Shown here piece by piece: positions 51,134 to 58,684 of a DNA stretch of 64,000 nucleotides. Positions within the stretch are counted from its first letter, which is position 1; each line of letters starts with the position of its first letter. The position numbers and the translations under genes were made by a program. This DNA comes from a virus. The DNA lies in IMG/VR virus record IMGVR_UViG_3300009099_000001; one strand, written 5' to 3'. The notes beneath the pieces were generated by a model. The model worked only from the letters and a program-made list of their open reading frames with translations, ran no database searches and had not been told where the DNA came from.

Positions 51134-51162
51134 ATATTACCACAAGACGAGTTGAATTGTAA
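51134..51162 (-). promoter_or_regulatory. Early promoter cassette copy (TTACAA-N17-TGG-TAATAT)
   Basis: -10 at 51134-51139, -35 at 51157-51162. Upstream ATTTCCCCTT and CCAAT-N6-ATTGG. Confidence 0.6.
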
Positions 51163-51202
51163 GGGGAAATCCGCCCCAATCGTGAAATTGGTTCGACCAA
51201 TT

Positions 51203-51718
51203 TCATTCCACGGCGATTTCCGTCAGGATCTCGAACCGCCACGGGCGACGGGCCTTGACAATCCGGATCAGGCCCCGGCTCTCCAGCCAATGCAAGTGTT
51301 CGCTGAGTTGTCGTTCCCCGGCGGGGATCTCGGTCATCAGGCGTTCGATAGGACCCATGACTCTCCCTGTACCTGCATCTGCCCGACAGAGATAGGCCCA
51401 GATGCGTCTGCGTATGCTAGGCCACAGCAACCGGATCTCTTCCGCCAGCGTCAAATCCCGCGGCGAGATGCGTATCCAATACCCTGTACTCTGGTTCCGC
51501 TTTCGGGGGAATTTCCGCACGCAGCCCAAGGCCACCAACCGTTGGACGTATTTGTATGTGTTGCTCGGGGAATAGCCTACCGCGCCCGCTATCTGTCTTG
51601 CCGTCAGCCACACCACCTGATCGCCGGCGGCGGTACAGACCGTATCGAGGTGGCGCCATACGGCGATGCTGGCGGGACACAAGCGCGGCCCGATGGCGGG
51701 TACGAGTTTCTCGGGCAT
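51203..51718 (-). CDS. Tandem winged-helix DNA-binding protein
   Basis: 171 aa from ATG 51718 (TGATG overlap). LTARQIAGAVGYSPSNTYKYVQRLVALG and GERQLSEHLHWLESRGLI. Confidence 0.55.
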   Translation of the reverse strand: MPEKLVPAIGPRLCPASIAVWRHLDTVCTAAGDQVVWLTARQIAGAVGYSPSNTYKYVQRLVALGCVRKFPRKRNQSTGYWIRISPRDLTLAEEIRLLWPSIRRRIWAYLCRADAGTGRVMGPIERLMTEIPAGERQLSEHLHWLESRGLIRIVKARRPWRFEILTEIAVE

Positions 51719-51939
51719 CACAGAAACATCTCGGGATTGACCGCTTGGAGCAGACGGCGGTACATCGTGCCCACGGCCCCATGACTTTCGCACACGGCAG
51801 ACACCCACGCTTCCGGCCAGTCCTGGGTCATATTGCGCACACCCCAGGCGCCGGAACGAAACTGGAACACGGTGCCCACTTCCGTGAAGGGACCGGCGGA
51901 GTCCAGCGTCAGTTGCACGCTGAACTCCACCCATTCCAT
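51718..51939 (-). CDS. Small hypothetical protein
   Basis: 73 aa from ATG 51939 behind GGAGG-N8. Confidence 0.5.
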   Translation of the reverse strand: MEWVEFSVQLTLDSAGPFTEVGTVFQFRSGAWGVRNMTQDWPEAWVSAVCESHGAVGTMYRRLLQAVNPEMFL

Positions 51940-51956
51940 CTGCGTCGCCTCCAGGG

Positions 51957-52475
51957 CTAGACAGAGCACGGTCTCTCCCAACTGCAGGCGTCTCCGTATG
52001 CGCCGCCGGTAGACCAGTCCAACTGGGACTCGATAGCCCAAGCCATGCCGTCCCAAGACCAGGACGACTCGTCATGCAGCCACTCCAGGGTCAACGCCCC
52101 CGTATCCGCATACAGTCGCTCCAGATCTGCAGACAGCATGCCGTCCTGCAGTTCCACAGGAGCCCTGTAGGCCCCCTCTTCGAGGGCCGCCTTTTCGATT
52201 TGATCCCAGACGTCGCGGTACACGTCGCCAAACGTGAGCCCCAACTTCGCCTGATCCTTCGGGCGATAGTGGAAGTAGGGTGCGCCGCCGCCCAACTCGC
52301 CTTGATACTGCCACTTCACGCCGGCGAAATCCGCCATCGCACCGACAGAGCAAAACTGCCCTGCACAACGCAAATAGTGGTCGCCCCATTCCCAGCGGCC
52401 CATGCGCAGCGCTGCCAGGAAGTCCTGCCACGTCCGCACCTCGGCGGGCGTGAGCTCCAGTTGCTTCGTCTCCAT
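51957..52475 (-). CDS. Hypothetical protein (paralogue of 49887-50387)
   Basis: 172 aa with leader ACACAGGAGAGGCAT. Confidence 0.6.
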   Translation of the reverse strand: METKQLELTPAEVRTWQDFLAALRMGRWEWGDHYLRCAGQFCSVGAMADFAGVKWQYQGELGGGAPYFHYRPKDQAKLGLTFGDVYRDVWDQIEKAALEEGAYRAPVELQDGMLSADLERLYADTGALTLEWLHDESSWSWDGMAWAIESQLDWSTGGAYGDACSWERPCSV

Positions 52476-52504
52476 ATGCCTCTCCTGTGTAGGGTCGTAT
52501 ACGC

Positions 52505-52535
52505 GCCGAAACCCGGCCTCCTGCCGGGCACGGCG
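52505..52535 (-). other. Intergenic long hairpin with SD-like loop (family member)
   Basis: CGCCG..CCCGG-CAGGAGG-CCGGG..CGGCG. Confidence 0.5.
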
Positions 52536-52550
52536 GATCTTGCGTGCGTG

Positions 52551-53036
52551 TTACCAAGGAATTTCCGGATCGTAGCCTATCGCCAGCGCATCTTCCAGCA
52601 GTTGCGGGCTGCCCCGGAAATCCCGAATCCAGACGGCCAATCCCTCCGGCGGCAACGGATACGGCGTCTCGAGACGCTCGAAACGCCATTGCTGGGGCCA
52701 GTCCGTCGTCAGCATGCGCACGTGGCCTATCGTCACGGTATCGTCCGGCCAGATCAAATCCAGACGATACCGCTGGTCCCCTAGGTCTACCAGGGCTACC
52801 TCACGCCGGGGCGCCGGTTCTACGGCCCAGGTCTGCCGGGTCCCGCCGAGCGCCGGTTGCTCTACGCCGACCAACTTCATGATCGTCGCTATCGCCATCG
52901 CCTCCGTGGGAAAGGTGACGACAACCTCGCGGCCAGGTCCCCAGGCCCGCAATTCGTCCGGGTGCGGAATAGACGCCGTGGCCGTGCGTCCTACACCGCT
53001 TTGCGTCCCGGGCCGGAAAATCAAATCTTGCTGCAT
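52551..53036 (-). CDS. Hypothetical protein (distant WGPGR-motif relative)
   Basis: 161 aa. LRAWGPGREVVVTFP. Leader ACACAGGAGACACGAT. Confidence 0.6.
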   Translation of the reverse strand: MQQDLIFRPGTQSGVGRTATASIPHPDELRAWGPGREVVVTFPTEAMAIATIMKLVGVEQPALGGTRQTWAVEPAPRREVALVDLGDQRYRLDLIWPDDTVTIGHVRMLTTDWPQQWRFERLETPYPLPPEGLAVWIRDFRGSPQLLEDALAIGYDPEIPW

Positions 53037-53064
53037 ATCGTGTCTCCTGTGTCGAGTCTTCTAC

Positions 53065-53098
53065 GCGCCTAAGCCCCGGTTCCTCCGGGGCTAGGCGC
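53065..53098 (-). other. Intergenic long hairpin with SD-like loop (family member)
   Basis: GCGCCTAGCCCCGG-AGGAA-CCGGGGCTTAGGCGC (about 14 bp). Confidence 0.5.
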
Positions 53099-53112
53099 AT
53101 GCAACGTGAAGG

Positions 53113-53499
53113 TTACGCCGCCTGGAGGCGGGCGAGGGTGGCCTTGCATGCATTGATGGTGTCTTGGATGCCGCTCATGGCTCGCGTTTCCTTTTTGGTG
53201 TACGGGTACGTGTACCCGTCCAACCGCGCTTGCGCCGCGGCCATGTCTTGGCGGGCTTGCTGCATCTGCAGATCCCGGATTTGCAGCTTCCCGGCTTCGA
53301 CGCCCAGCCGGCTCGCCAGCGCGCTGTTCGCTTCGATCTGGGCTTCGACCGTGGCGGCCAGCGCATCGTTGCCCAGGTTCCGTAGGGCGGCTCGCAGACT
53401 CTGGTTCGTCGCGTGCAGGGAAGCAGCGGCTTCGCGCAGGGCAGGGGCGGCGTGGTCGATGTGGGTGGCGGCGGCGGGAGAGAGTTGGACCTTTTCCAT
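53113..53499 (-). CDS. Coiled-coil hypothetical protein
   Basis: 128 aa, Ala/Gln-rich helical. Leader CACAGGAGGAAATC. Confidence 0.6.
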   Translation of the reverse strand: MEKVQLSPAAATHIDHAAPALREAAASLHATNQSLRAALRNLGNDALAATVEAQIEANSALASRLGVEAGKLQIRDLQMQQARQDMAAAQARLDGYTYPYTKKETRAMSGIQDTINACKATLARLQAA

Positions 53500-53525
53500 G
53501 ATTTCCTCCTGTGGGGTTCGGATAC

Positions 53526-53560
53526 CCGAAAAGCCCGCTCTCCTAGCGGGCCGTTTCGGG
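53526..53560 (-). other. Intergenic long hairpin with SD-like loop (family member)
   Basis: CCCGAAA..GCCCGC-TAGGAGA-GCGGGC.TTTTCGGG. Confidence 0.5.
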
Positions 53561-53571
53561 GTAGGCCGAGA

Positions 53572-53889
53572 CTATTTGAGGCGGCGTTGTTCGTCGATCC
53601 GCATCTGGATTTCGGAGATCAGGCCGTCCCGTTCGTCTGCCGGCGCCGCGTCGTGCTGCGCCCACAGGCCCTTGATCTCCGTGCCGAGTTCCGCATGGCG
53701 GGCGGTTTCCCAAGCCCGGATTTCCGCCTTCAGGTTGCGAACCGTCGCGGCCTGCCCAGACAGGGCCGACTCGAGCGCCGCCTTCTGGGTCAGACTGGCA
53801 TGAGGCAGGCTTGCCTCCATCATCGCCGATACGTCGGCGACGGCTTCGATCATCTTCGTCAGGGCTAGGGGCAACAAGGTCTGGCTCAT
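53572..53889 (-). CDS. Coiled-coil hypothetical protein
   Basis: 105 aa with leader ACACACAGGAGTAATCAC. Confidence 0.6.
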   Translation of the reverse strand: MSQTLLPLALTKMIEAVADVSAMMEASLPHASLTQKAALESALSGQAATVRNLKAEIRAWETARHAELGTEIKGLWAQHDAAPADERDGLISEIQMRIDEQRRLK

Positions 53890-53922
53890 GTGATTACTCC
53901 TGTGTGTGTTTCTATGCTTCCC

Positions 53923-53951
53923 ATATTACCACAACGCGAAATGGACTGCAA
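53923..53951 (-). promoter_or_regulatory. Early promoter cassette copy (TTGCAG-N17-TGG-TAATAT)
   Basis: -10 at 53923-53928, -35 at 53946-53951. GATTGG-N5-GATTGG direct repeat at 53965-53981, shared with the divergent + promoter. Confidence 0.6.
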
Positions 53952-53996
53952 GGGGAAATTGCAGATTGGTCTCCGATTGGTCCTAGGGCGATAGCC

Positions 53997-54008
53997 TATA
54001 ATAAGAGC
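53997..54008 (+). promoter_or_regulatory. Leaderless-type promoter for the M23 peptidase gene (TATAAT-N6-ATG)
   Basis: TATAAT at 53997-54002, 6 nt, ATG 54009. No SD. Confidence 0.5.
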
Positions 54009-55322
54009 ATGTCGCCTCAATCTCCGTTCCGTCTCTTCAATCCCGTCGGCGCCGCCGGCGGCCAGAAACTCGTCTCCCAGGGCTGGGGGACGCATCCCGA
54101 GTGGTACAAGACTTGGGGCATCAAGGGGCACAACGGCATCGATTTGGCCGTGCCCGTCGGTACGCCCGTGCGCTGTGCCGGGGCCACCGAGGGCAAGGTG
54201 GTCGTCTCCAAGCAGCATACGGACCATCTCAAGGAAAACCGCGCCCCGTTGGGCACGCACATCATCATCGAGCATGAGCCGTGCGAGGATTTTCCCGGCG
54301 GCTATCAGACGCTCTACGCCCATCTCAATCTGCAGGACGTCTTCGCCGGCAATCGGGTCAGTCCAGGACAGCACATCGGAACCAGCGGCAACACGGGAAA
54401 CAGCACGGGGCCACATCTGCATTTCGGGCTACGTCCCTTGCCCTACGATCACGACGACGGCTGGCTCGGCTTCGTAGACCCGCAGTCTTGGATTTCGTGG
54501 GACCATGACCCGTTCCCCGCCTACGTCTCGCGCTACAACCCCTATCGCAAAGTGCAAGGGCTGCCGGAACTCGAGCCGGAAGAACCCGTCACGAAATACG
54601 GGCCCGGCGAATACGGGAAACTCAGCGCCTCCCAAGCAGAACGCGATCGCACCCAAGTCGCTCTCCCCGTGCAGACGGAAACGCCGAACCCCGAACCCGA
54701 ACCGGCGCCCGCCTCGAAACTCAAGCAGATCACGGACCGTCTCGAAGCCCAAGACGACGACGGCGAGGGCACGGTCATCGTCAAGCGTGTGGTCGGGGGC
54801 ATCGGCAAAGCCGGGGCCCGCGGGTCCGTGTGGCTGGCTGTGATGCACGCCGTAATCCAGATCTGGACCGGCGGGGAAACCGGTTTGTGGAAAGCCGTGC
54901 AGACGGTATTGGCCGTGACGGGGACCGCCGCGACCTTGGCGGCAACGCCCGTTGCCACAGTGCCGGCACCAGCGCCTATCCCTGTACCGCCCGCAATCCA
55001 AATCGTAGAGCCCACCGCTACCCCCATCCCGACGCCTATCGTGGTCCAGACCCTACCGACGCCCATCGTCCCTACCCCTGTCACGCACAACGCCGAATGC
55101 CGGCATACAGCCCTCGGCAACTTTTGGATACGCCCCGAACCGCGTACCGACAGCTTCTATCCGGATCGTCGCGCCACGCAGCCCGGCGAAACCTATTGCC
55201 TCGTCCGCCGCATTGACCGCGACGACGGCCCGTGGGTGCAGCTGGAAGGGTTGGGCTGGGTACGCCTCACCGATGGGGCGCAACGCAGTTTCGATTTGCC
55301 CGCCGCCTTGCCGGCGGGATAA
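54009..55322 (+). CDS. M23 (LytM-type) peptidoglycan endopeptidase with membrane segment and C-terminal extra domain
   Basis: 437 aa. GHNGIDLAVPVGTPV (HxxxD) and GNTGNSTGPHLHF (HxH). Hydrophobic stretch GSVWLAVMHAVIQIW...VLAVTGTAATLAA. Pro-rich linker and ~80-aa C-terminal domain. Confidence 0.85.
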   Translation: MSPQSPFRLFNPVGAAGGQKLVSQGWGTHPEWYKTWGIKGHNGIDLAVPVGTPVRCAGATEGKVVVSKQHTDHLKENRAPLGTHIIIEHEPCEDFPGGYQTLYAHLNLQDVFAGNRVSPGQHIGTSGNTGNSTGPHLHFGLRPLPYDHDDGWLGFVDPQSWISWDHDPFPAYVSRYNPYRKVQGLPELEPEEPVTKYGPGEYGKLSASQAERDRTQVALPVQTETPNPEPEPAPASKLKQITDRLEAQDDDGEGTVIVKRVVGGIGKAGARGSVWLAVMHAVIQIWTGGETGLWKAVQTVLAVTGTAATLAATPVATVPAPAPIPVPPAIQIVEPTATPIPTPIVVQTLPTPIVPTPVTHNAECRHTALGNFWIRPEPRTDSFYPDRRATQPGETYCLVRRIDRDDGPWVQLEGLGWVRLTDGAQRSFDLPAALPAG

Positions 55323-55337
55323 CCGCAGGCGTCAGTC

Positions 55338-56444
55338 TCACCAACCCGTAGACACGAAGTTGTCCGGTTTCGTCGCGGGATCGTCTACGCGGGACATTTC
55401 GTCGAGCAAAATCTCGCCGTCGTATAAGCGGATCCGCACGGCCACGTATCCCGCCTGCATTTCGACCATCTGCGCACAGCGGCGAAACTCGTTCCAGGCA
55501 CGCGTTTCGTCGTCGGTGCGCAACCACGGAGAGACCCGGCCCGGCGGCGTCGCTTGAAAGTCTGCCTCAACTACGATCCGAAAGCGGTCCTTGCGCGGCC
55601 CTAGGCGCTCATCCGGCCTCCCCAGCAACGCGGCGACAGCATGCTTCACCGTCTCCCGCGTCAGGCGCCGCGGCGTGAAATACGCTTCGTGCTCCCGACG
55701 TCCCCAGTTCGAATTGCGGAACAGAAACGTACCCGCCGGGATCGGGCGGGGATACGCGACGTTGTCCACGATCTCGGCCTCCCTGAACTCGGCCACCGCC
55801 GAGACGGGGCAAATACCCACGATGCGGTCCAAGATCCCCGGCGGCTTATCCTGCGCGCGCTTGACGGCTACGCTGTCGACTGCCGCATAGAATCCCTGGT
55901 AGTCCAGCAGGCTTGCGCCGACAAAGCCCGGAATCGTGACGTCCATATCCGCGTAGAAGTCCTGGCCGCCGGGCAACGGCGGCAAATCCAAGATCGTAGT
56001 CGCAATGCGCCGCCAGATGTCGTGGGGCACATCGGGCACGTCGAGGCGAGACTGCGCCATCCCGTCGGCGCGGCAGAGAGCCGCATGCAGGCTCGGCGTA
56101 GCGCGAAAGCGCCCGGCGACCAAATTCGTGCGCGTCGCCATGCGCGGATACCCCGCATGGACCAGCGGCGACATGCCCCACGGTGCACGCGCCTCGAAGC
56201 ACCACGCAAAGATCCACCGCATCAGCAGCTGTACAATCTCTTTGGCCAGGGCCGGGGCATCGAGATCGCCGGGGTCTGACGCTTGGTCGAATACGGCTTG
56301 CCCGTACACCTCCACGGCGTGCCGTACCGCGGCCAACAAGCGTTGTTCATGCGCGTGGTCTTGTGCAGACTCTGCGTCCGTCGCCGCCCGGAGCGCGTCC
56401 CAATCGGCGGGCGTCCATTGGCTCAGATCGTGGCTAGACGTCAT
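55338..56444 (-). CDS. Hypothetical protein translationally coupled to the integrase; distant resemblance to the helical N-terminal region of Type IIG/ISP/BREX-type methyltransferases
   Basis: 368 aa from ATG 56444 (ATGA overlap with the integrase stop). LLMRWIFAWCFEARAPWG and HEAYFTPRRLTRETV blocks. No SAM-binding or NPPY motif follows. Confidence 0.35.
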   Translation of the reverse strand: MTSSHDLSQWTPADWDALRAATDAESAQDHAHEQRLLAAVRHAVEVYGQAVFDQASDPGDLDAPALAKEIVQLLMRWIFAWCFEARAPWGMSPLVHAGYPRMATRTNLVAGRFRATPSLHAALCRADGMAQSRLDVPDVPHDIWRRIATTILDLPPLPGGQDFYADMDVTIPGFVGASLLDYQGFYAAVDSVAVKRAQDKPPGILDRIVGICPVSAVAEFREAEIVDNVAYPRPIPAGTFLFRNSNWGRREHEAYFTPRRLTRETVKHAVAALLGRPDERLGPRKDRFRIVVEADFQATPPGRVSPWLRTDDETRAWNEFRRCAQMVEMQAGYVAVRIRLYDGEILLDEMSRVDDPATKPDNFVSTGW

Positions 56445-57360
56445 CGGGGGACCGTGCCCCATCGCCCGGCCTCCATTTCTTGCAAGAGCGGGTCTTTCGA
56501 CCAGGCGGCTTGGACCACGCGCTGCAGGCGTTCCCGTCGCCGCGGGCACCACGGCATATAGTATCGCTCCGTAGTCTTGATGCTGTGATGGCCGAGCAGC
56601 ATGGAGACGTCTTCCATCGACGTACCTGCTTGCAACAACTCCACGGCGAAAGTATCCCGAAATCGATGACTATGCCCGTCGGAAATGCCGGCCTTGCGAA
56701 ATATCGTCTTCAGCCGATCTTGCCATAAGCCCGAAATGCTGCGGCGCATGCCCTTGCCCGACCAAAAATAATAGCGGGCCGAGGTCGGCGGAAACGCCGC
56801 CAAGGCCGTCATTACTTGCGGGGCCACGGGCATCATGACTCCAACCCCCGTCTTGGTGCGCCGGACCGTCAACGTCCCGTCCACGATGGCGCCGTGCACG
56901 GGAAGCGTACACGCATCCCCTACGGCCAAGCCCGTGGTGCGCATCAGCAGGCACAAGGCATAGTCACGGGGCGAAGTCTGCCGGGCCACGTCCAAGATGC
57001 GCTCGATCTGGGGGGGGGAAACGCCCGCGTGGGGCGTTGTTGGAATTTGGGCGAGCGCAATCCCGCCGCCGGGTCGCGAGGCAGTTTGCCCATCTCGACG
57101 CAGAAGCGAAAGAACCGCTTGACCTGCCCTAGCATGATGCCTTGGGTACTCGCTGCTTGATGCAATTGATTGCGCCAGGCGCGTACCATCTCGACCTCGC
57201 AATCGGCCAAGCGGGTAATCCCTTGGGCGGCGGCATACTGGCGGAACGGCTCCAGCGTACAGCGATACCGCGTCACCGTGTCCGCGCACAGATTACGGCC
57301 CCGCAGATCCTCGTAGAAAATCTCTATCGCAGCCTCGAGCGTAACGTCAGTCGAACTCAT
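56441..57360 (-). pseudogene. int: Tyrosine integrase interrupted by a frameshift at a C9 homopolymer
   Basis: N-terminal SAM-like domain in frame A (57360 down to the run). Catalytic domain in frame B (HSHRFRDTFAVELL, LLGHHSIKTTERYY) down to 56441. The frames meet at G9 (+ strand 57010-57018). One extra C, or a -1 slip, gives ...RAFPPPQIERILDVARQ... Confidence 0.8.
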
Positions 57361-57643
57361 AGCGACGGAACCCCCGCAATTGCCTTACCTGCACCCAGCC
57401 CGCCGCCAGCGCATAGGGACTGAAGGGGAGGCCCCAGACCCAGCACCAAGCCGTTTCCCGTTCACCCGTGGTCACCTCGCTGACGTGCAACTGCGTCGCC
57501 GCGGGTATCGAAGCACACTCGTCCGCTGCAGCGTGCGCTTCCCGGCGCAACGTTACCGCCGTCGCCGTGTCCGCGTACCAAATCTGATTGGACCCTTTCA
57601 AGCCCGCGCGAATTTCCGTCCAATCGGCGGTTTCGTAATCCAT
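57347..57643 (-). CDS. Small hypothetical protein
   Basis: 98 aa from ATG 57643 behind GAGGCACAGGAC. Overlaps the integrase start by 14 nt. Confidence 0.5.
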   Translation of the reverse strand: MDYETADWTEIRAGLKGSNQIWYADTATAVTLRREAHAAADECASIPAATQLHVSEVTTGERETAWCWVWGLPFSPYALAAGWVQVRQLRGFRRYEFD

Positions 57644-57701
57644 GTCCTGTGCCTCTACCGCGGGGCCGACGCAGGTTGGATGGATGCGGCGAATTCCTGC
57701 A

Positions 57702-57944
57702 TCACCGTATACGGGGCGAGCATCCCCTCCACATACACTTCCGTTGATCATCGATATCTCGGAGTTCTTGCTCAATCAACGCCGGCTGCGTCAGCCGCTC
57801 CAAGGCCATATCCACCCGCAGCCGCATGAGATCGTATCGGGCATTGACCAAACGGCGCGTACCGAAAGGGCATTCGGCATAGAATTCCCGGAGCCAGTCG
57901 TCGGCGCTGAAATCCGCACCTACCTCACCTACCTCTTCGCGCAT
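57702..57944 (-). CDS. Small hypothetical protein
   Basis: 80 aa with RBS ACAGGAGGAACCCT. Confidence 0.6.
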   Translation of the reverse strand: MREEVGEVGADFSADDWLREFYAECPFGTRRLVNARYDLMRLRVDMALERLTQPALIEQELRDIDDQRKCMWRGCSPRIR

Positions 57945-57962
57945 AGGGTTCCTCCTGTAGGA

Positions 57963-57990
57963 CCCCAGGCCGCCCGTAGGCGGCCTGGGG
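57963..57990 (-). other. Perfect 12-bp intergenic hairpin
   Basis: CCCCAGGCCGCC-TACG-GGCGGCCTGGGG. This member has no AGGAG loop. Confidence 0.5.
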
Positions 57991-58009
57991 CATAGATTGG
58001 GGCGGGCCG

Positions 58010-58273
58010 CTAGTACAGTCCCACGTCCGCCAGGGTGAAGGGCGAAGCCGTCCTTTCGGCCTCCGTCTCGTCGCGACCGCAGCCGTACATGCTGGCTCCG
58101 CTCGGATCATACAGCGTGGCGCTGTCGAGACAGCCGTCGGCCACGGCATCCTCGACTTCCCGTTCCACGTCTGGCCAAACCGCTAGGGCTTCGGCCGCCG
58201 TGGCGTACTCGCGCGACGTGGTCTCGTACCAGTCGCCATATTGTTGTCGCCAGACAACGATGCGATAATTCAT
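58010..58273 (-). CDS. Small hypothetical protein
   Basis: 87 aa with RBS ATAGGAGCAACC. Confidence 0.6.
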   Translation of the reverse strand: MNYRIVVWRQQYGDWYETTSREYATAAEALAVWPDVEREVEDAVADGCLDSATLYDPSGASMYGCGRDETEAERTASPFTLADVGLY

Positions 58274-58300
58274 GGTTGCTCCTATGTGTGTGTCAGACAG

Positions 58301-58334
58301 CCCAAAAGCCCCGGCTCCTCCGGGGCTTCGGGCA
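58301..58334 (-). other. Intergenic long hairpin with SD-like loop (family member)
   Basis: GCCCGAAGCCCCGG-AGGAG-CCGGGGCTTTTGGGC (about 14 bp). Confidence 0.5.
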
Positions 58335-58348
58335 CATGTGCGGAACCC

Positions 58349-58627
58349 TTAGGCGGTCAACCACGCCATGTTCTTCCAGCATCGGGTTTCCGCGTATCGC
58401 ACCTCGACCGAGGCGACGTGTTCGACGTGTTCACGGCCCCGCAATACATCGATCTGGCAATACATGGGCCGCTCGCTGGCGCACACCACCTTGTGGTGCT
58501 GCGCTACGAGCGCCTTGACGACGGCTCGCGCCGCTTCTTCCGTTTGGCATTCCACGGTGTTGTGGAATGTCTGGGTTGCGCTCCAGGCCCTCTGGCTTAC
58601 AACCCGGCTGCTACTGACTTCGTACAT
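58349..58627 (-). CDS. Small hypothetical protein (paralogue of 41671-41937)
   Basis: 92 aa from ATG 58627 behind AACACAGGAGTTTCGC. Confidence 0.65.
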   Translation of the reverse strand: MYEVSSSRVVSQRAWSATQTFHNTVECQTEEAARAVVKALVAQHHKVVCASERPMYCQIDVLRGREHVEHVASVEVRYAETRCWKNMAWLTA

Positions 58628-58655
58628 GCGAAACTCCTGTGTTGAGTATGCCTCC

Positions 58656-58684
58656 ATATTACCACAGGTCACGAGGGAACACAA
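58656..58684 (-). promoter_or_regulatory. Early promoter cassette copy (TTGTGT-N17-TGG-TAATAT)
   Basis: -10 at 58656-58661, -35 at 58679-58684. Overlaps the 3' end of the upstream gene. Confidence 0.55.

Noticed and set aside
55338-56444. Calling this ORF an N6-adenine DNA methyltransferase because of the YFTP motif
   Set aside because: No SAM-binding (GxGxG / D/E-x-A-C-G-S-G) or NPPY/DPPY catalytic motif follows. Only the N-terminal helical region resembles such enzymes.
18680-58334. Idea that the TAG in several hairpin loops (TAGGAGA/TAGGAAA) serves as the stop codon of the upstream gene
   Set aside because: This is true only for the 27-codon micro-ORF at 6098-6181. In the other cases I checked (18727-19248 and 39659-39889), the upstream genes end with their own stops well before the hairpin.
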